Source of the DNA: Ilumatobacteraceae bacterium
GTDB taxonomy: Bacteria > Actinomycetota > Acidimicrobiia > Acidimicrobiales > Ilumatobacteraceae
Length of the DNA: 38,026 nt
Reading direction: 5' to 3'
Assembly (NCBI GenBank): GCA_030727685.1
Contig: JANRBC010000029.1
Location: forward strand, 1 to 38,026
Shown here: positions 18,051 to 28,112 of the stretch, in pieces
How positions within the stretch are numbered: position 1 is the stretch's first letter
Layout of the letters: the number at the start of each line of letters is the position of its first letter
Program-made: the position numbers and the translations under genes
Notes under the pieces: model-generated
Seen by the model: the letters and a program-made list of their open reading frames with translations, nothing else
The model's database searches: none
What the model was told of the DNA's origin: nothing

Positions 18051-19019
18051 CTATCTGAAGTTATTCATAACTTCGGCGAAGAGTTCGACTGTTTCAGAGC
18101 TCGGGTAATCGGCGCACCACGGAATAAAGCCACTGCAACCAAGGTCAATATATTTTTGAACCTTCTCAGTCACCTGTTCGACGGTGCCCACGAGATTGCT
18201 AGCTTGCCATTGGTCAAAAGGGTCGGCACGTAAACTAAGTGAACCTGCAGCCTTGATCTCTTTTTCGGTACGCCGAATGAAAATATCTGGTGACCATGTT
18301 TTGCGAATCTCTGACTCATCTCGTCCGACCGCAGCACAGTGCCCCTTGAGAATCTCACGCTTGCGCGCGAACTCTACTGGGCTGCCACCAAAATTTGAGC
18401 AATCGGCATAGCGCGCGACAACACGAAGAGTTAGTTGCTCGCCGCCGCCACCTATCCAAATTGGTGGGTGGGGTTTTTGCAACGGCTTTGGGTCGCAGTT
18501 GCCACGCACCAAGTTGTAGTACTTGCCGCTGTAATTTGTTTCTTCTTGCGTCCACATTGATCGAACGATCTCTACACATTCGCGCAACATTGCGATGCGA
18601 ACCTTTGGTTCAGGAAAGTCGTAGCCGTATCCGCGGCATTCGTTTTCGTACCAGCCCGCGCCAATACCCCAATCGAGTCGCCCACCCGAGATGACGTCAA
18701 GCGTTGAGGTTATTTTTGCAAGCAAACTGGGTTCGCGATATAAGTTGCAGCCGACCATCTGGCCGAGTCTGATTTTTGTCGTGCGCTGACTGATTGCCGC
18801 CATCGTGGTCCAGCATTCGAAAACTGCTTCGTGTGCTGGACGCGGAACATTATGGAAATGGTCGTAAACCCAAATCGAGTCAAAACCAAGTTTTTCGGCC
18901 AACTGCGCAATTTCTACAGCCTTGTTCCACTTGTCGACCGGATCAGGAATCGAAATTAACTCCATCTTCCAGCCTTGCGGAATAAAAACGCCGAATGTTG
19001 TGTGCTGTTTGGTCGTCAC
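18051..19019 (-). CDS. LLM-class (likely F420-dependent) oxidoreductase
   Basis: GFDSIWVYDHF, RLGQMV, LDVISGGRLDWGIGAGW, PKPLQKPHPPIWIGGGGE. Confidence 0.88.
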   Translation of the reverse strand: MTTKQHTTFGVFIPQGWKMELISIPDPVDKWNKAVEIAQLAEKLGFDSIWVYDHFHNVPRPAHEAVFECWTTMAAISQRTTKIRLGQMVGCNLYREPSLLAKITSTLDVISGGRLDWGIGAGWYENECRGYGYDFPEPKVRIAMLRECVEIVRSMWTQEETNYSGKYYNLVRGNCDPKPLQKPHPPIWIGGGGEQLTLRVVARYADCSNFGGSPVEFARKREILKGHCAAVGRDESEIRKTWSPDIFIRRTEKEIKAAGSLSLRADPFDQWQASNLVGTVEQVTEKVQKYIDLGCSGFIPWCADYPSSETVELFAEVMNNFR

Positions 19020-20236
19020 AGTGGCAGGTCTCCAGTCGCAGACTTCGTTGAACCATGATCTTTGTAAGCAGCGATCGTACGTTGAGCGATACGCATTTGA
19101 TGAATTTCGTCAGCGCCATCAGCAAAGCGACTCCATCGCGCCTGCTGCAACATGTGCGCCAAAGGCGTGTCAGTCGAATAGCCGAGCGCCCCGTGAACCT
19201 GAATCGCGCGATCAATAATTCTCCACAAACTATTGGCGACAAAATGCTTCGCCATCGATACTTCCGAAGTGAAACTTTGTCCGTTTTCAATTTTGTAAGC
19301 CGCATGCAAGACCATCAACTTGCACTGATAGAGCTCCATCGAAGAGTCAGCAATCAACCATTGAATACCTTGTTTTTCGGCGAGTATCGAGCCATGCGAA
19401 TATCTCTGTAGCGCACGGTCGACCATCATGTCGAGAGCAATTTCTGCTTGGCCAATCCACCTCATGCAATGCGCAAGACGGGCAGGCCCAAGTCGATATT
19501 GGCCGAGCAAGTGACCCTGACCGCGCCCACCCAACATATTTTTTGCCGGAACACGAAGATCTTGAATCAAAATCTCGCAGTGATTGTGACCACCCGACAT
19601 TGTTTCGACATCACGAACAATGTTGAAACCTTCGCTTGGTATGTCAACGATGAAACACGAGTTCGCAGCCTGTGGCATATCAGGATTATCTTCAGTGCGA
19701 GCAACCAGAAGTGCGAATTGCGCACCACGTGCACCCGAAATGAACCACTTGTGGCCATTGATAACCCATTCGTCGCCATCTTGATATGCCTGCGTCTTAA
19801 TCAGAGTGGGATCGCTGCCAGCAACTTCTGGCTCTGTCATCGCAAAGCAACTTCTCGCCGTGCCTTCGCAAAGCGGGCGCAAGTATTTTTCTTTTTGTTC
19901 ATCGGTTGCCCAATGCAAAAGTGTGTGCTGATTGCCCTCGTCAGGTGCCTGGGCATTCAAAACAAACGGACCAATACTGACTTTGGCTGCTTCCGCAGAA
20001 ACTGCAGCCATTGCAGTAGGACCAAGATCCATGCCGCCCCATTCAGTTGGCATATGTGGCAACCATAAGTTCCAGTGGTTGCGAGCTCGGCCGCGCAACT
20101 TAACGATTGTGCGAACCACTTGTGCGCGATCTTTTTGATCGATCGCATCCCACTCTGGTCGCACTTCGGTGTCCATGAACTCACGAACCTTTAAGCGAAC
20201 AGATTCGATTTCTGGCGTAAATGAAAAATCAATCAA
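19016..20236 (-). CDS. Acyl-CoA dehydrogenase
   Basis: CFAMTEPEVAGSDP, WVINGHKWFISG, RLGPARLAHCMR, AIQVHGALG, ADGADEIH; AAGGGAG SD upstream. Confidence 0.93.
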   Translation of the reverse strand: MIDFSFTPEIESVRLKVREFMDTEVRPEWDAIDQKDRAQVVRTIVKLRGRARNHWNLWLPHMPTEWGGMDLGPTAMAAVSAEAAKVSIGPFVLNAQAPDEGNQHTLLHWATDEQKEKYLRPLCEGTARSCFAMTEPEVAGSDPTLIKTQAYQDGDEWVINGHKWFISGARGAQFALLVARTEDNPDMPQAANSCFIVDIPSEGFNIVRDVETMSGGHNHCEILIQDLRVPAKNMLGGRGQGHLLGQYRLGPARLAHCMRWIGQAEIALDMMVDRALQRYSHGSILAEKQGIQWLIADSSMELYQCKLMVLHAAYKIENGQSFTSEVSMAKHFVANSLWRIIDRAIQVHGALGYSTDTPLAHMLQQARWSRFADGADEIHQMRIAQRTIAAYKDHGSTKSATGDLPL

Positions 20237-20268
20237 GGCGAATTTCTCCCTTGAGTAGTTTGGCAGAC

Positions 20269-20319
20269 TTGTGTCACAAACCCCCTACTAGGGCGACCAT
20301 AACTGGTTTGCCCTAGCCT
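20269..20319. promoter_or_regulatory. Nested palindromes in the divergent acyl-CoA dehydrogenase / menG promoter
   Basis: TTGTG-T-CACAA (20269-20279), CCCTA-C-TAGGG (20283-20293), CTAGGGCGACCA-TAAC-TGGTTTGCCCTAG (20288-20316) overlapping TAGCCT -10 (20314-20319). Confidence 0.4.
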
Positions 20320-20326
20320 GAATTGC

Positions 20327-21046
20327 GTGACAGCGAAAATTCGCAAGCGCGACAAATGGGACCGCGAAGATCTGCCTAGGGGTGCTGAAAAAGTAGAAGC
20401 AGTCCGCGAAATGTTCGATGCAATCGCTCCTCGATATGACTTTGTCAATCGTCTCATGACTTTTAGATTGGATACACGTTGGCGCAAAAAGACTGTCTCC
20501 GCGCTGAACCTACCCAAGGGCTCACGGGTTCTCGACCTGGCGAGCGGCACCGGCGATTTATGCATCGAACTTAAACAGAATGGTTACGACCCCATCTCAA
20601 TGGATTTATCGTTTGGCATGTTGAGCGCCGATCGCAGTGGTGCGCCCCGCACCCAAGTCGATATTTTGAAGCTGCCGATACCAAATATGTGCGTAGACGG
20701 CATCACTTGCGGGTTCGCCTTACGCAATCTCGAAAATTTGCAAATGTTCTTCGTCGAACTCGCTCGTGTAACGCGACATGGTGGACGAATTGCTCTACTC
20801 GATGTGAGCGTGCCGACTAACCGCTTCATCCGATTCGGCAACAAAATCTATTTCGGACGTATCGTGCCGATTATCGGTGGTTTATTTTCAGATCGGGCTG
20901 CATATAAATATTTGCCACGAAGTGTCGCATACCTTCCTGAGCCTGAACAATTGATCGCAATGCTGAAACAATCAGGATTTGCCGACGCTAAACACACTCA
21001 ACTCTCTGGCGGGCTAACGCAACTTCTTGTGGCGACACGAAACTAA
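20327..21046 (+). CDS. menG: Demethylmenaquinone methyltransferase (UbiE/MenG family)
   Basis: VREMFDAIAPRYDFVN, VLDLASGTGD, GFALRN, AYKYLPRSV; men gene context. Confidence 0.88.
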   Translation: MTAKIRKRDKWDREDLPRGAEKVEAVREMFDAIAPRYDFVNRLMTFRLDTRWRKKTVSALNLPKGSRVLDLASGTGDLCIELKQNGYDPISMDLSFGMLSADRSGAPRTQVDILKLPIPNMCVDGITCGFALRNLENLQMFFVELARVTRHGGRIALLDVSVPTNRFIRFGNKIYFGRIVPIIGGLFSDRAAYKYLPRSVAYLPEPEQLIAMLKQSGFADAKHTQLSGGLTQLLVATRN

Positions 21047-22240
21047 ATGCGCTCAACTACTCAGTTGCTCTCAGCGGTAACCAATCAGCAAATCGACCTA
21101 AACGACTTTGCGAGCAATGATGGCTTTTTGTTTGTTCGCGATGGTGTCGGAGTCGCCGGACAAGGAGTTGCAAAACGACTAGGCCGAAGTGAGATCGCCG
21201 CGACATTGTCTGGCATAGAAGATGACAACCGAAGTGGCATCGCCGAGGCTGGCCCGATTGCGATTGGTTGCATTCCGTTCATTAGCAGCAACCCACATGA
21301 TTTCGTGATTCCAAAAGTTGTAGTCGGCAAAACATCTGGTGGCCAGCACTGGGTGACGACAATAGATGATGCCGAATTTGACTTTCGTGCACCTGACGAA
21401 ATTCGACCCTTCGCCGCGTCATTCATGGTTAACCCCGGCATACCTGTAGATCACTATCTTGAAGCGGTTCGCTTGACTGCCCAAGCAGTGCGTGAGAAAA
21501 AAATTGACAAGGCTGTCATTGCTCGCGACATTTTCGTCACGACGAATTTTCCGTTCGATATTCGTGCAATCTTGCAGCGCTTGAAAGCATCTTTTGGGTC
21601 GAGTTACAGATATCTGTTTGATGGCTTTCTTGGTGCATCGCCTGAATTGTTGGTTGCTGTCGAAGGCAACAAAGTTTCGAGTCATCCTCTTGCCGGCACC
21701 GCACCACGCACTGGCAACCCGACTATCGATCAGAAAATTGCTAGTGAACTTATTGCCAGCACAAAGAATCAACTCGAACACCGCATCGTGATCGACATGG
21801 TTCACGACACGCTATTGCCCTGGTGTTCGTTTCTTGATTGGCAACCCGAACCTACAATCGTCGCTGTTGCCAATGTCCAACATCTCGGCACAGAAATTTC
21901 TGGACAACTGAGCGAACCTCGACCCAGTGTTCTCGAACTTGCCTATGCACTCTCGCCCACTCCGGCACTTGGTGGTGCACCAAAACAAAAGGCTCTCGAC
22001 CAAATTGCCCGTGTCGAGGGAATGAATCGTGGTCGATATGGTGGCGCTGTCGGATATGTCAACAAATCTGGAGACGGAAAGTTTGCTGTTGCCATTCGTT
22101 GCGCAGAACTCGACTCGACGCGCATGACTGCCCGACTCTTTGCTGGCGGCGGAATTGTTGGCGATAGTGACCCGACTAGCGAACTTGCTGAAACTCAAGC
22201 CAAGTTTCAGGCGATGTTGGCTGCGCTAATTCGACCGTAG
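21047..22240 (+). CDS. menF: Isochorismate synthase
   Basis: KAVIAR, FLGASPELL, PLAGTAPR, KNQLEH, PTPALGG, RGRYGG, FAGGGIV..S...E..ET..K. Confidence 0.88.
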   Translation: MRSTTQLLSAVTNQQIDLNDFASNDGFLFVRDGVGVAGQGVAKRLGRSEIAATLSGIEDDNRSGIAEAGPIAIGCIPFISSNPHDFVIPKVVVGKTSGGQHWVTTIDDAEFDFRAPDEIRPFAASFMVNPGIPVDHYLEAVRLTAQAVREKKIDKAVIARDIFVTTNFPFDIRAILQRLKASFGSSYRYLFDGFLGASPELLVAVEGNKVSSHPLAGTAPRTGNPTIDQKIASELIASTKNQLEHRIVIDMVHDTLLPWCSFLDWQPEPTIVAVANVQHLGTEISGQLSEPRPSVLELAYALSPTPALGGAPKQKALDQIARVEGMNRGRYGGAVGYVNKSGDGKFAVAIRCAELDSTRMTARLFAGGGIVGDSDPTSELAETQAKFQAMLAALIRP

Positions 22241-22257
22241 GGCTTTCGCCGTAAAAC

Positions 22258-23958
22258 TCAACGCAAGTTTGAAGCCACCATCTGATTGATGCGCTCATGG
22301 ACTTTGACGTTTTCTTGTCGGTCGGTAACGACTCGAGCCAGCCACGGGCCCCGCTGAGATAAAACTTCAGCGAGGTCAGACATATTTGCCACTTCTTGAG
22401 TATTGATCTGGTGCGCCTGGGCAAGCATTTTTATGTTGACACCATGCGGCGTGCCGAAAATCTTTTCAAATTTTGGCGCGTCAAGGGCCTGCGCCTGGGG
22501 CAAGAATGAGAAGATTCCACCACCGTTGTTGTCGATGACGACGATTCGCAAATCTATTTCGCGAATTACGAGACCGATCAAGCCATTGACGTCGTGTAGC
22601 AAGGCAATGTCGCCAATTAAAAGAGTCGTTGGCTGACGAGTTGCTAACGCGATACCCACTGCCGTTGACACGACGCCGTCGATGCCATTCGCGCCGCGAT
22701 TGGCATGAACACGAAGTCCAGTTCGCGGTGCGGCGAACCACTCGACATCACGAATTGGCATCGAACTTGAAACAACCAAATGGGATGCCTCAGGCAACAG
22801 TGCGTAAATCGCGCGCGCAACGCCTGGTTCGGTGAGTCCCGGCTCATCGGCTATCGCAGAGTTAATTGACTTCTGGGCTGAAGTTTCAGCACTGCTCCAT
22901 AGATCGAGCCACGAGACACTATCTTTCTGAGCCTGCTCGTTTGAACGCTCAGAAATCAGCCCGGCACACAACTCATCGATATCACCGACAATGTGCAGAG
23001 CACACAACTGGTCTGGGTCAGCGAGAGTTGGCGTTGTCGTAATGACGATTTGTTTCGCACCGCAATTAGCCAGCCAAGAGTTGACTACTTTCGAAGCTGG
23101 AAGAGTGCCAAAGCGAAGAACTACTTGAGGTTGTAATTTTTTTGAAAAGCCCTCGTCACGCAAAATCGTGTCGGCGGCAGCAACTACAACTTTGCTAGGT
23201 ACGCGTGCACCACTTCGCGGATCTGCAAGCACGGGCCAACTTAGAGATTCAGCCAGATGCAAAATAGATTCGCTCCGATAGTTCTCGGGCCCGGCGATAA
23301 TCACTCCATTTTTGAAATTAAGCGCTTTCTTTAACTCACGAAGCGATCGTGCCGACGGCAACACGACTTTGTCTTTGATCACCGTAGATTTCTCGTGTCT
23401 TGGCGGCAGATCTATCGCAGCACCCATGAGTGGCTCACGAAATCTCAGATTGAGATGAACTGGTCCTCGCACTTTGCCAACACTTGTCGCAAAAAGATCA
23501 CGCGCGATTGGACGCCAGGTCTGATTTTCTGAATCGTCGGCAACCTCGGCGTTAACAAACTTTCGTACTGAGACTCCATAGAGATTTTGCTGGTCAATCG
23601 TTTGCGGCGCGCCGACACCTTGCAGTTCTGCTGGTCGATCAGCCGTGCAAATCAAAATTGGAACTTCACTGTGATGCGCTTCGACTACCGCTGGGTGAAA
23701 CTCGACTGCTGCCGTGCCAGACGAACACACCAAGATCGCCGGAACCCCAGAGGCTTTAGCGATACCGAGGGCAGCAAATGCGGCACTTCGTTCGTCGTGA
23801 AAAATATGCATCTCAATCTCGTGCCGATTGGCAATTTCGAGCGCAATTGGCGTTGATCTAGAACCAGGAGATACGACGGCATGGCGAACACCACAATGAA
23901 GCCATTCATCCACCAATGTCGCGCAAAAGGTCGCCGTGGTCGCCGCAGAAGAACCCAT
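22258..23958 (-). CDS. menD: SEPHCHC synthase (ThDP-dependent)
   Basis: SPGSRSTP, DERSAAF, SGTA, TADRP, ANRGANGIDG, GDIALLHD, NNGGGIF; start re-placed at ATG 23958 (CACGAT 6 nt upstream). Confidence 0.95.
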   Translation of the reverse strand: MGSSAATTATFCATLVDEWLHCGVRHAVVSPGSRSTPIALEIANRHEIEMHIFHDERSAAFAALGIAKASGVPAILVCSSGTAAVEFHPAVVEAHHSEVPILICTADRPAELQGVGAPQTIDQQNLYGVSVRKFVNAEVADDSENQTWRPIARDLFATSVGKVRGPVHLNLRFREPLMGAAIDLPPRHEKSTVIKDKVVLPSARSLRELKKALNFKNGVIIAGPENYRSESILHLAESLSWPVLADPRSGARVPSKVVVAAADTILRDEGFSKKLQPQVVLRFGTLPASKVVNSWLANCGAKQIVITTTPTLADPDQLCALHIVGDIDELCAGLISERSNEQAQKDSVSWLDLWSSAETSAQKSINSAIADEPGLTEPGVARAIYALLPEASHLVVSSSMPIRDVEWFAAPRTGLRVHANRGANGIDGVVSTAVGIALATRQPTTLLIGDIALLHDVNGLIGLVIREIDLRIVVIDNNGGGIFSFLPQAQALDAPKFEKIFGTPHGVNIKMLAQAHQINTQEVANMSDLAEVLSQRGPWLARVVTDRQENVKVHERINQMVASNLR

Positions 23959-24040
23959 GCCTCTATCGTGGCAGCAATGAGAACAAAAAGTTTGCGGCGT
24001 GTGGCAAACCGCACAAGATCGCACCCGACGACTTTCGCCA

Positions 24041-24787
24041 ATGCTGAGTAACAAGCAATTCGGCAATGGCCCGCGAGCCGTGCTCGTACATGGGTTCACT
24101 CAAACGCATGAAACATGGGTGGATGTCATCGACTCTCTCAAACAGAATTTCGAGGTCATTGCGGTCGACGCCCCCAATCATGGCGACTCTTGCGATATCT
24201 CTCTCAATTTAGAGTCAGGAGCAAAAGCCATCGGTGAAGTTGGTGGCAATGCAACATATATCGGTTATTCACTCGGTGGCCGATTTTGTCTAACTCTTGC
24301 TCTCGCTGAGCCACAACTAGTTTCTCGGCTTGTTTTGATAAGCACAACTGCAGGCATTGAAGACAAAGAGCTGCGCTCAGAACGCATAAGAAACGACGAA
24401 GAACTTGCCAGACGAATCGAACAGATTGGCGTTAATCAATTTATTGACGAATGGTTAAACCAATCGTTATTCGCGGGTCTCAATAACGAGACGAATCAAC
24501 GTGGGGTTCGTTTAAAAAACACAGCAATCGGATTAAGTTCAAGTCTGCGGCTCTGCGGTGCGGGGCGACAACAACCAACTTGGTCTCGCTTAAAAGAACT
24601 GACGATGCCTGTTTTAGTTATCGCTGGCGCAAATGACGAAAAATACCGCCGCCTAGCCGAGAGATTAGTTTCAGAAATTGGCGACAATGCAACTTTGAAA
24701 ATAGTCGAAAACTCTGGCCACACCCCGCATCTTGAACAGCCCGAAATCTTTCAAGACTTGTTGTCGAATTTTATATCGACTCAGTAG
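24041..24787 (+). CDS. menH: SHCHC synthase (alpha/beta hydrolase)
   Basis: LVHGFTQ, GYSLGGR nucleophile elbow, GAND, GHTPHLEQP; adjacent to menD; start 24041 preferred over 23999. Confidence 0.85.
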   Translation: MLSNKQFGNGPRAVLVHGFTQTHETWVDVIDSLKQNFEVIAVDAPNHGDSCDISLNLESGAKAIGEVGGNATYIGYSLGGRFCLTLALAEPQLVSRLVLISTTAGIEDKELRSERIRNDEELARRIEQIGVNQFIDEWLNQSLFAGLNNETNQRGVRLKNTAIGLSSSLRLCGAGRQQPTWSRLKELTMPVLVIAGANDEKYRRLAERLVSEIGDNATLKIVENSGHTPHLEQPEIFQDLLSNFISTQ

Positions 24788-24792
24788 TTCTC

Positions 24793-25671
24793 TTAACTAA
24801 ATAGCAGACCAACACTCAACGCAATAGCAACAAGAATCTGCACGCGGCCGGTCATAACAAGAACATTTATCAAGTCAGCCCCAGTTGCCCCAGAATAAAC
24901 GCGTCTGATTGGTTTTATAGCCACTGCTAAGCCAAGCATTGCAATCATCGCTGCCGGATGCAACAGAGCAATTGAAACCACGGCGCAACCGGCAACGATA
25001 AATAGCAAAATATAAAACTTGCGTGCACCACTTTCGCCGATACGAACCGCAAGCGTTCGTTTGTTGGAAGTTGCATCGCCGGCAATGTCTCGCAAGTTGT
25101 TGACAGCCAATAAAGCGCATGCGAGACAACCAACAACAACAGAAGCCAAAAAGCTGACGAGAGTTAACTGCTGATTAATAACGAAAGTGGTACCCATTGT
25201 TGCGACCACCCCGAAGAAAATAAACACAAAGACTTCTCCGAAACCCAAATAACCATAGGGATGCTTGCCCCCCGTATAAAACCAACCGGCAAGAAAACAC
25301 AACACACCGACCAGCAACAACCACCACGATGTCGTTGCCGCAAGCACGAAGCCGAAAACCGCCGCCACGCCAAAAGCAAGAAATGTCGCCTTTTTAACAT
25401 CGGCTGGTTTCTTTGCCCCAGAGCCAACCAGCCGAAGTGGGCCCACTCGATCTTTGTCGGTGCCCCTAATGCCGTCTGAATAGTCGTTTGCAAAATTAAC
25501 CGCGACCTGTAGAGCAAGACTGACAATCAAAGCGAAAACAGAATTGAGCCAATTGTTTTGCATTGAACTTTCGAGGTGTGCACACGCCGAACCAACGACA
25601 ACTGGCGCGATTGCGGCGGGCAACGTCTTGGGACGCGCGCCTTGTATCCACAAATTAGTTGAATCTCGCAC
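24793..25671 (-). CDS. menA: 1,4-dihydroxy-2-naphthoate prenyltransferase
   Basis: GARPKTLPAA, NFANDYSDGIRGTD, PYGYLGFGE, NNLRDI..D...KRTLAVR. Confidence 0.95.
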   Translation of the reverse strand: MRDSTNLWIQGARPKTLPAAIAPVVVGSACAHLESSMQNNWLNSVFALIVSLALQVAVNFANDYSDGIRGTDKDRVGPLRLVGSGAKKPADVKKATFLAFGVAAVFGFVLAATTSWWLLLVGVLCFLAGWFYTGGKHPYGYLGFGEVFVFIFFGVVATMGTTFVINQQLTLVSFLASVVVGCLACALLAVNNLRDIAGDATSNKRTLAVRIGESGARKFYILLFIVAGCAVVSIALLHPAAMIAMLGLAVAIKPIRRVYSGATGADLINVLVMTGRVQILVAIALSVGLLFS

Positions 25672-25708
25672 GCAACTAACTTAACAACAAAACATCTACG
25701 CTGAAATG

Positions 25709-26851
25709 GTGCGCGAACTAGTTGCGATTGACATGCCAGCGGGCGATGCATTCGTCGATGTACTCAAAGAAATTTGGGATGCAGGCGACGCAGCACTACC
25801 TATCGATCAACGCTTACCTGATGTCGCACGAAGAAAATTACTCACTCAATTCAAGGTTTCATCAATTGCTGGCGCCGATGGTCTGAGGGTGAAATTTGCG
25901 GCTGGCGAACCAATTGAAGAAGATGATGCTTTAGTCATATCTACATCTGGTTCAACTGGCGAGCCAAAAGGAGTTGTGCATACCCACAGTTCGATTCGTG
26001 CAGCGGTAGCGAGTACGGGTGCACGTCTTGGCTGCGTCGATACAGATCATTGGTTGGCATGTATCTCACTCGCCCACGTCGGTGGTCTTTCTGTGGTGCT
26101 ACGAGCCTTGCACTTCGGTTCGCGTCTCACGATCGAACGACGTGCCGATCAAGCAACTATTGAATCGGCACTCAAGAATGGCGCGAACCTGACTTCGCTG
26201 GTTCCGGCAATTTTACATTCGGTTGATGTTTCAAATTTCAGAACTGTTCTGATCGGCGGCGGTCATGGCCCAACGAACCTACCGAGTAATGCGATTTTGA
26301 CTTATGGCCTAACTGAAACTTTTGGTGGCGTCGTCTACAACGGCACACCAATTGATGGTGTTGAAGTTCGCATTGGCAAAGACTCTGAGATCGAAATTCG
26401 CTGCGATTCTCTGTTGCGTTGCTATCGCGATGGATTTGACCCAAAAGACAGTGACGGCTGGTTGCTTACTGGCGACCTCGGTGAGTTTCGTGACGGAAAA
26501 CTATCTGTGCTGGGTCGCAAAGACGACTTAATCAAGACTGGCGGATACAAAGTTTGGCCAACAACTGTTGAGACTTCTCTGCGAAAGCACGACGCGGTTG
26601 CTGATGTAATTGTCGCAGGCACGCCCGACGAAAAGTGGGGCCAAACAGTCACTGCGTGGGTTGTTTTGCGACCCGATGCGAAAAACCTTCGGCTCGAAGA
26701 TTTAGACAAGCACGTACGCCTAAGCTTGCCCGACTATTGCACGCCAAAAAAAGTTTACATAGTCGACGAAATACCACGATCAAGTCTCGGCAAAGCTTTG
26801 ATAAGTGAACTAACTCACTCATCAAATAAGTTGAGGGCTCTGCATGACTGA
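25709..26851 (+). CDS. menE: o-succinylbenzoate--CoA ligase
   Basis: STSGSTGEPKG, YGLTET, TGDLG, GRKDDLIKTGG, PRSSLGK; men context; start GTG 25709 (TACGCT 6 nt upstream) or ATG 25706. Confidence 0.82.
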   Translation: MRELVAIDMPAGDAFVDVLKEIWDAGDAALPIDQRLPDVARRKLLTQFKVSSIAGADGLRVKFAAGEPIEEDDALVISTSGSTGEPKGVVHTHSSIRAAVASTGARLGCVDTDHWLACISLAHVGGLSVVLRALHFGSRLTIERRADQATIESALKNGANLTSLVPAILHSVDVSNFRTVLIGGGHGPTNLPSNAILTYGLTETFGGVVYNGTPIDGVEVRIGKDSEIEIRCDSLLRCYRDGFDPKDSDGWLLTGDLGEFRDGKLSVLGRKDDLIKTGGYKVWPTTVETSLRKHDAVADVIVAGTPDEKWGQTVTAWVVLRPDAKNLRLEDLDKHVRLSLPDYCTPKKVYIVDEIPRSSLGKALISELTHSSNKLRALHD

Positions 26852-28112
26852 CACAGATCGACATGACCACGAGCATTCGGGTCGTTTACCTAATTCGTAT
26901 TGGCGTCTTTACACTTCGTCGACTATTTCAAACTTGGGTGACGGAATGGTTGTTGCTGCTGCCCCACTACTCGCGATTTCTCTCACCGACGACTCTCGGC
27001 TGATTGCGTCGATCAGTTTTGCAGCAATGCTGCCATGGTTAATTCTTTCGCTTCCGGCAGGCGTTTATCTAGATCGACATGACAGACAGAAGATCATGTT
27101 TCGCGCCAACATTGTGCGAGGCGCAATCTTTGCATTGATTGCGATTGGCGCAGCAACAGGCTCTATCAATATTTACCTTTTGATTGCTGCCACTGCGCTC
27201 GCAGGTGTTTGCGAGTTGTTTTTTGATATGAGTTCGCAGGCGATTCTGCCGGCGATTGTCGATCAAGAGTCTCTAGAAGTGGCCAATAGCCGGCTTTACA
27301 TCTCGCAAATCATCAGTAATGGTTTTATTGGTCTTCCGTTTGGTGCATGGATTTTCGTCATCGCGATTGGTGCGCCGTTCGGAATCAATGCCATCGCCCT
27401 AATTTTGGCCGCACTACTAATTCGCTCAATAAGAATTAAATCGGCGCCCAAAGTTGAAAGTTCAACAAAGTCGTTCGGCACTGACCTGAGAGAGGGACTG
27501 GCCTGGCTTTGGAAACACGATCTGTTGCGAACCTTGGCGATCATGCTCGGTGTTGCCAACATGTGTGGCATGTTTGCCCAGGCAGTTTTTGTCAAATTTG
27601 CACGCGACGAACTCGGACTTGGAGCCCGCGGATTCGGTATTTTGCTCGCCGCAATCTCTGTTGGCTCGATTCTCGGTGGCCTGATTGGCCAGCGTGTTAG
27701 CAAAAAACTCGGTGCAAACACGGCGATAATTCTTTCGTACACGGTTTTTGCTATTTCCGATGTCATCCCTGGTGTCTTTCCAAGAGTATGGTCAGTTGCA
27801 CTAAGTGGCATTGTGATGGCCATCGCGGGCACGACCTGGAATGTGATCACAGTCAGTATGCGTCAGCGATTAATACCGCCAGAACTATTCGGCAGAGTTA
27901 ATAGTGTCTACAGATTCATCGGCACTGGCAGCACCGCATTTGGTGCACTCATCGGCGGTCAGATCGCTTACTCATTCGGCTTGCGTGCAACTTATCTCGC
28001 TTCGGGCGTCGTACTGTTGGTCGCCTTGATTACTTTGGGTCCAGTCTTTTTGCGTGCGGCAAAAATCTACATTGTGCCTGATCGAACACCGGCGCCGCCG
28101 TCAATCACGTAA
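26844..28112 (+). CDS. MFS transporter (DHA3-like)
   Basis: About 12 hydrophobic helices, GVYLDRHDRQK motif A, RQRLIPPELFGRVNS. Confidence 0.88.
   Translation: MTDTDRHDHEHSGRLPNSYWRLYTSSTISNLGDGMVVAAAPLLAISLTDDSRLIASISFAAMLPWLILSLPAGVYLDRHDRQKIMFRANIVRGAIFALIAIGAATGSINIYLLIAATALAGVCELFFDMSSQAILPAIVDQESLEVANSRLYISQIISNGFIGLPFGAWIFVIAIGAPFGINAIALILAALLIRSIRIKSAPKVESSTKSFGTDLREGLAWLWKHDLLRTLAIMLGVANMCGMFAQAVFVKFARDELGLGARGFGILLAAISVGSILGGLIGQRVSKKLGANTAIILSYTVFAISDVIPGVFPRVWSVALSGIVMAIAGTTWNVITVSMRQRLIPPELFGRVNSVYRFIGTGSTAFGALIGGQIAYSFGLRATYLASGVVLLVALITLGPVFLRAAKIYIVPDRTPAPPSIT

Noticed and set aside
23990..24015. Alternative short hairpins between menD and menH (GTTTGC/GCAAAC, TGCGG/CCGCA)
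   Set aside because: Stems of 5-6 bp are within chance expectation and show no riboswitch features.
23959..24099. Cys-rich N-terminal extension on MenD (CAVC..CSHCC) resembling a zinc finger
   Set aside because: Overlaps menH on the other strand; the MenD-like sequence and a -10 hexamer point to ATG 23958.
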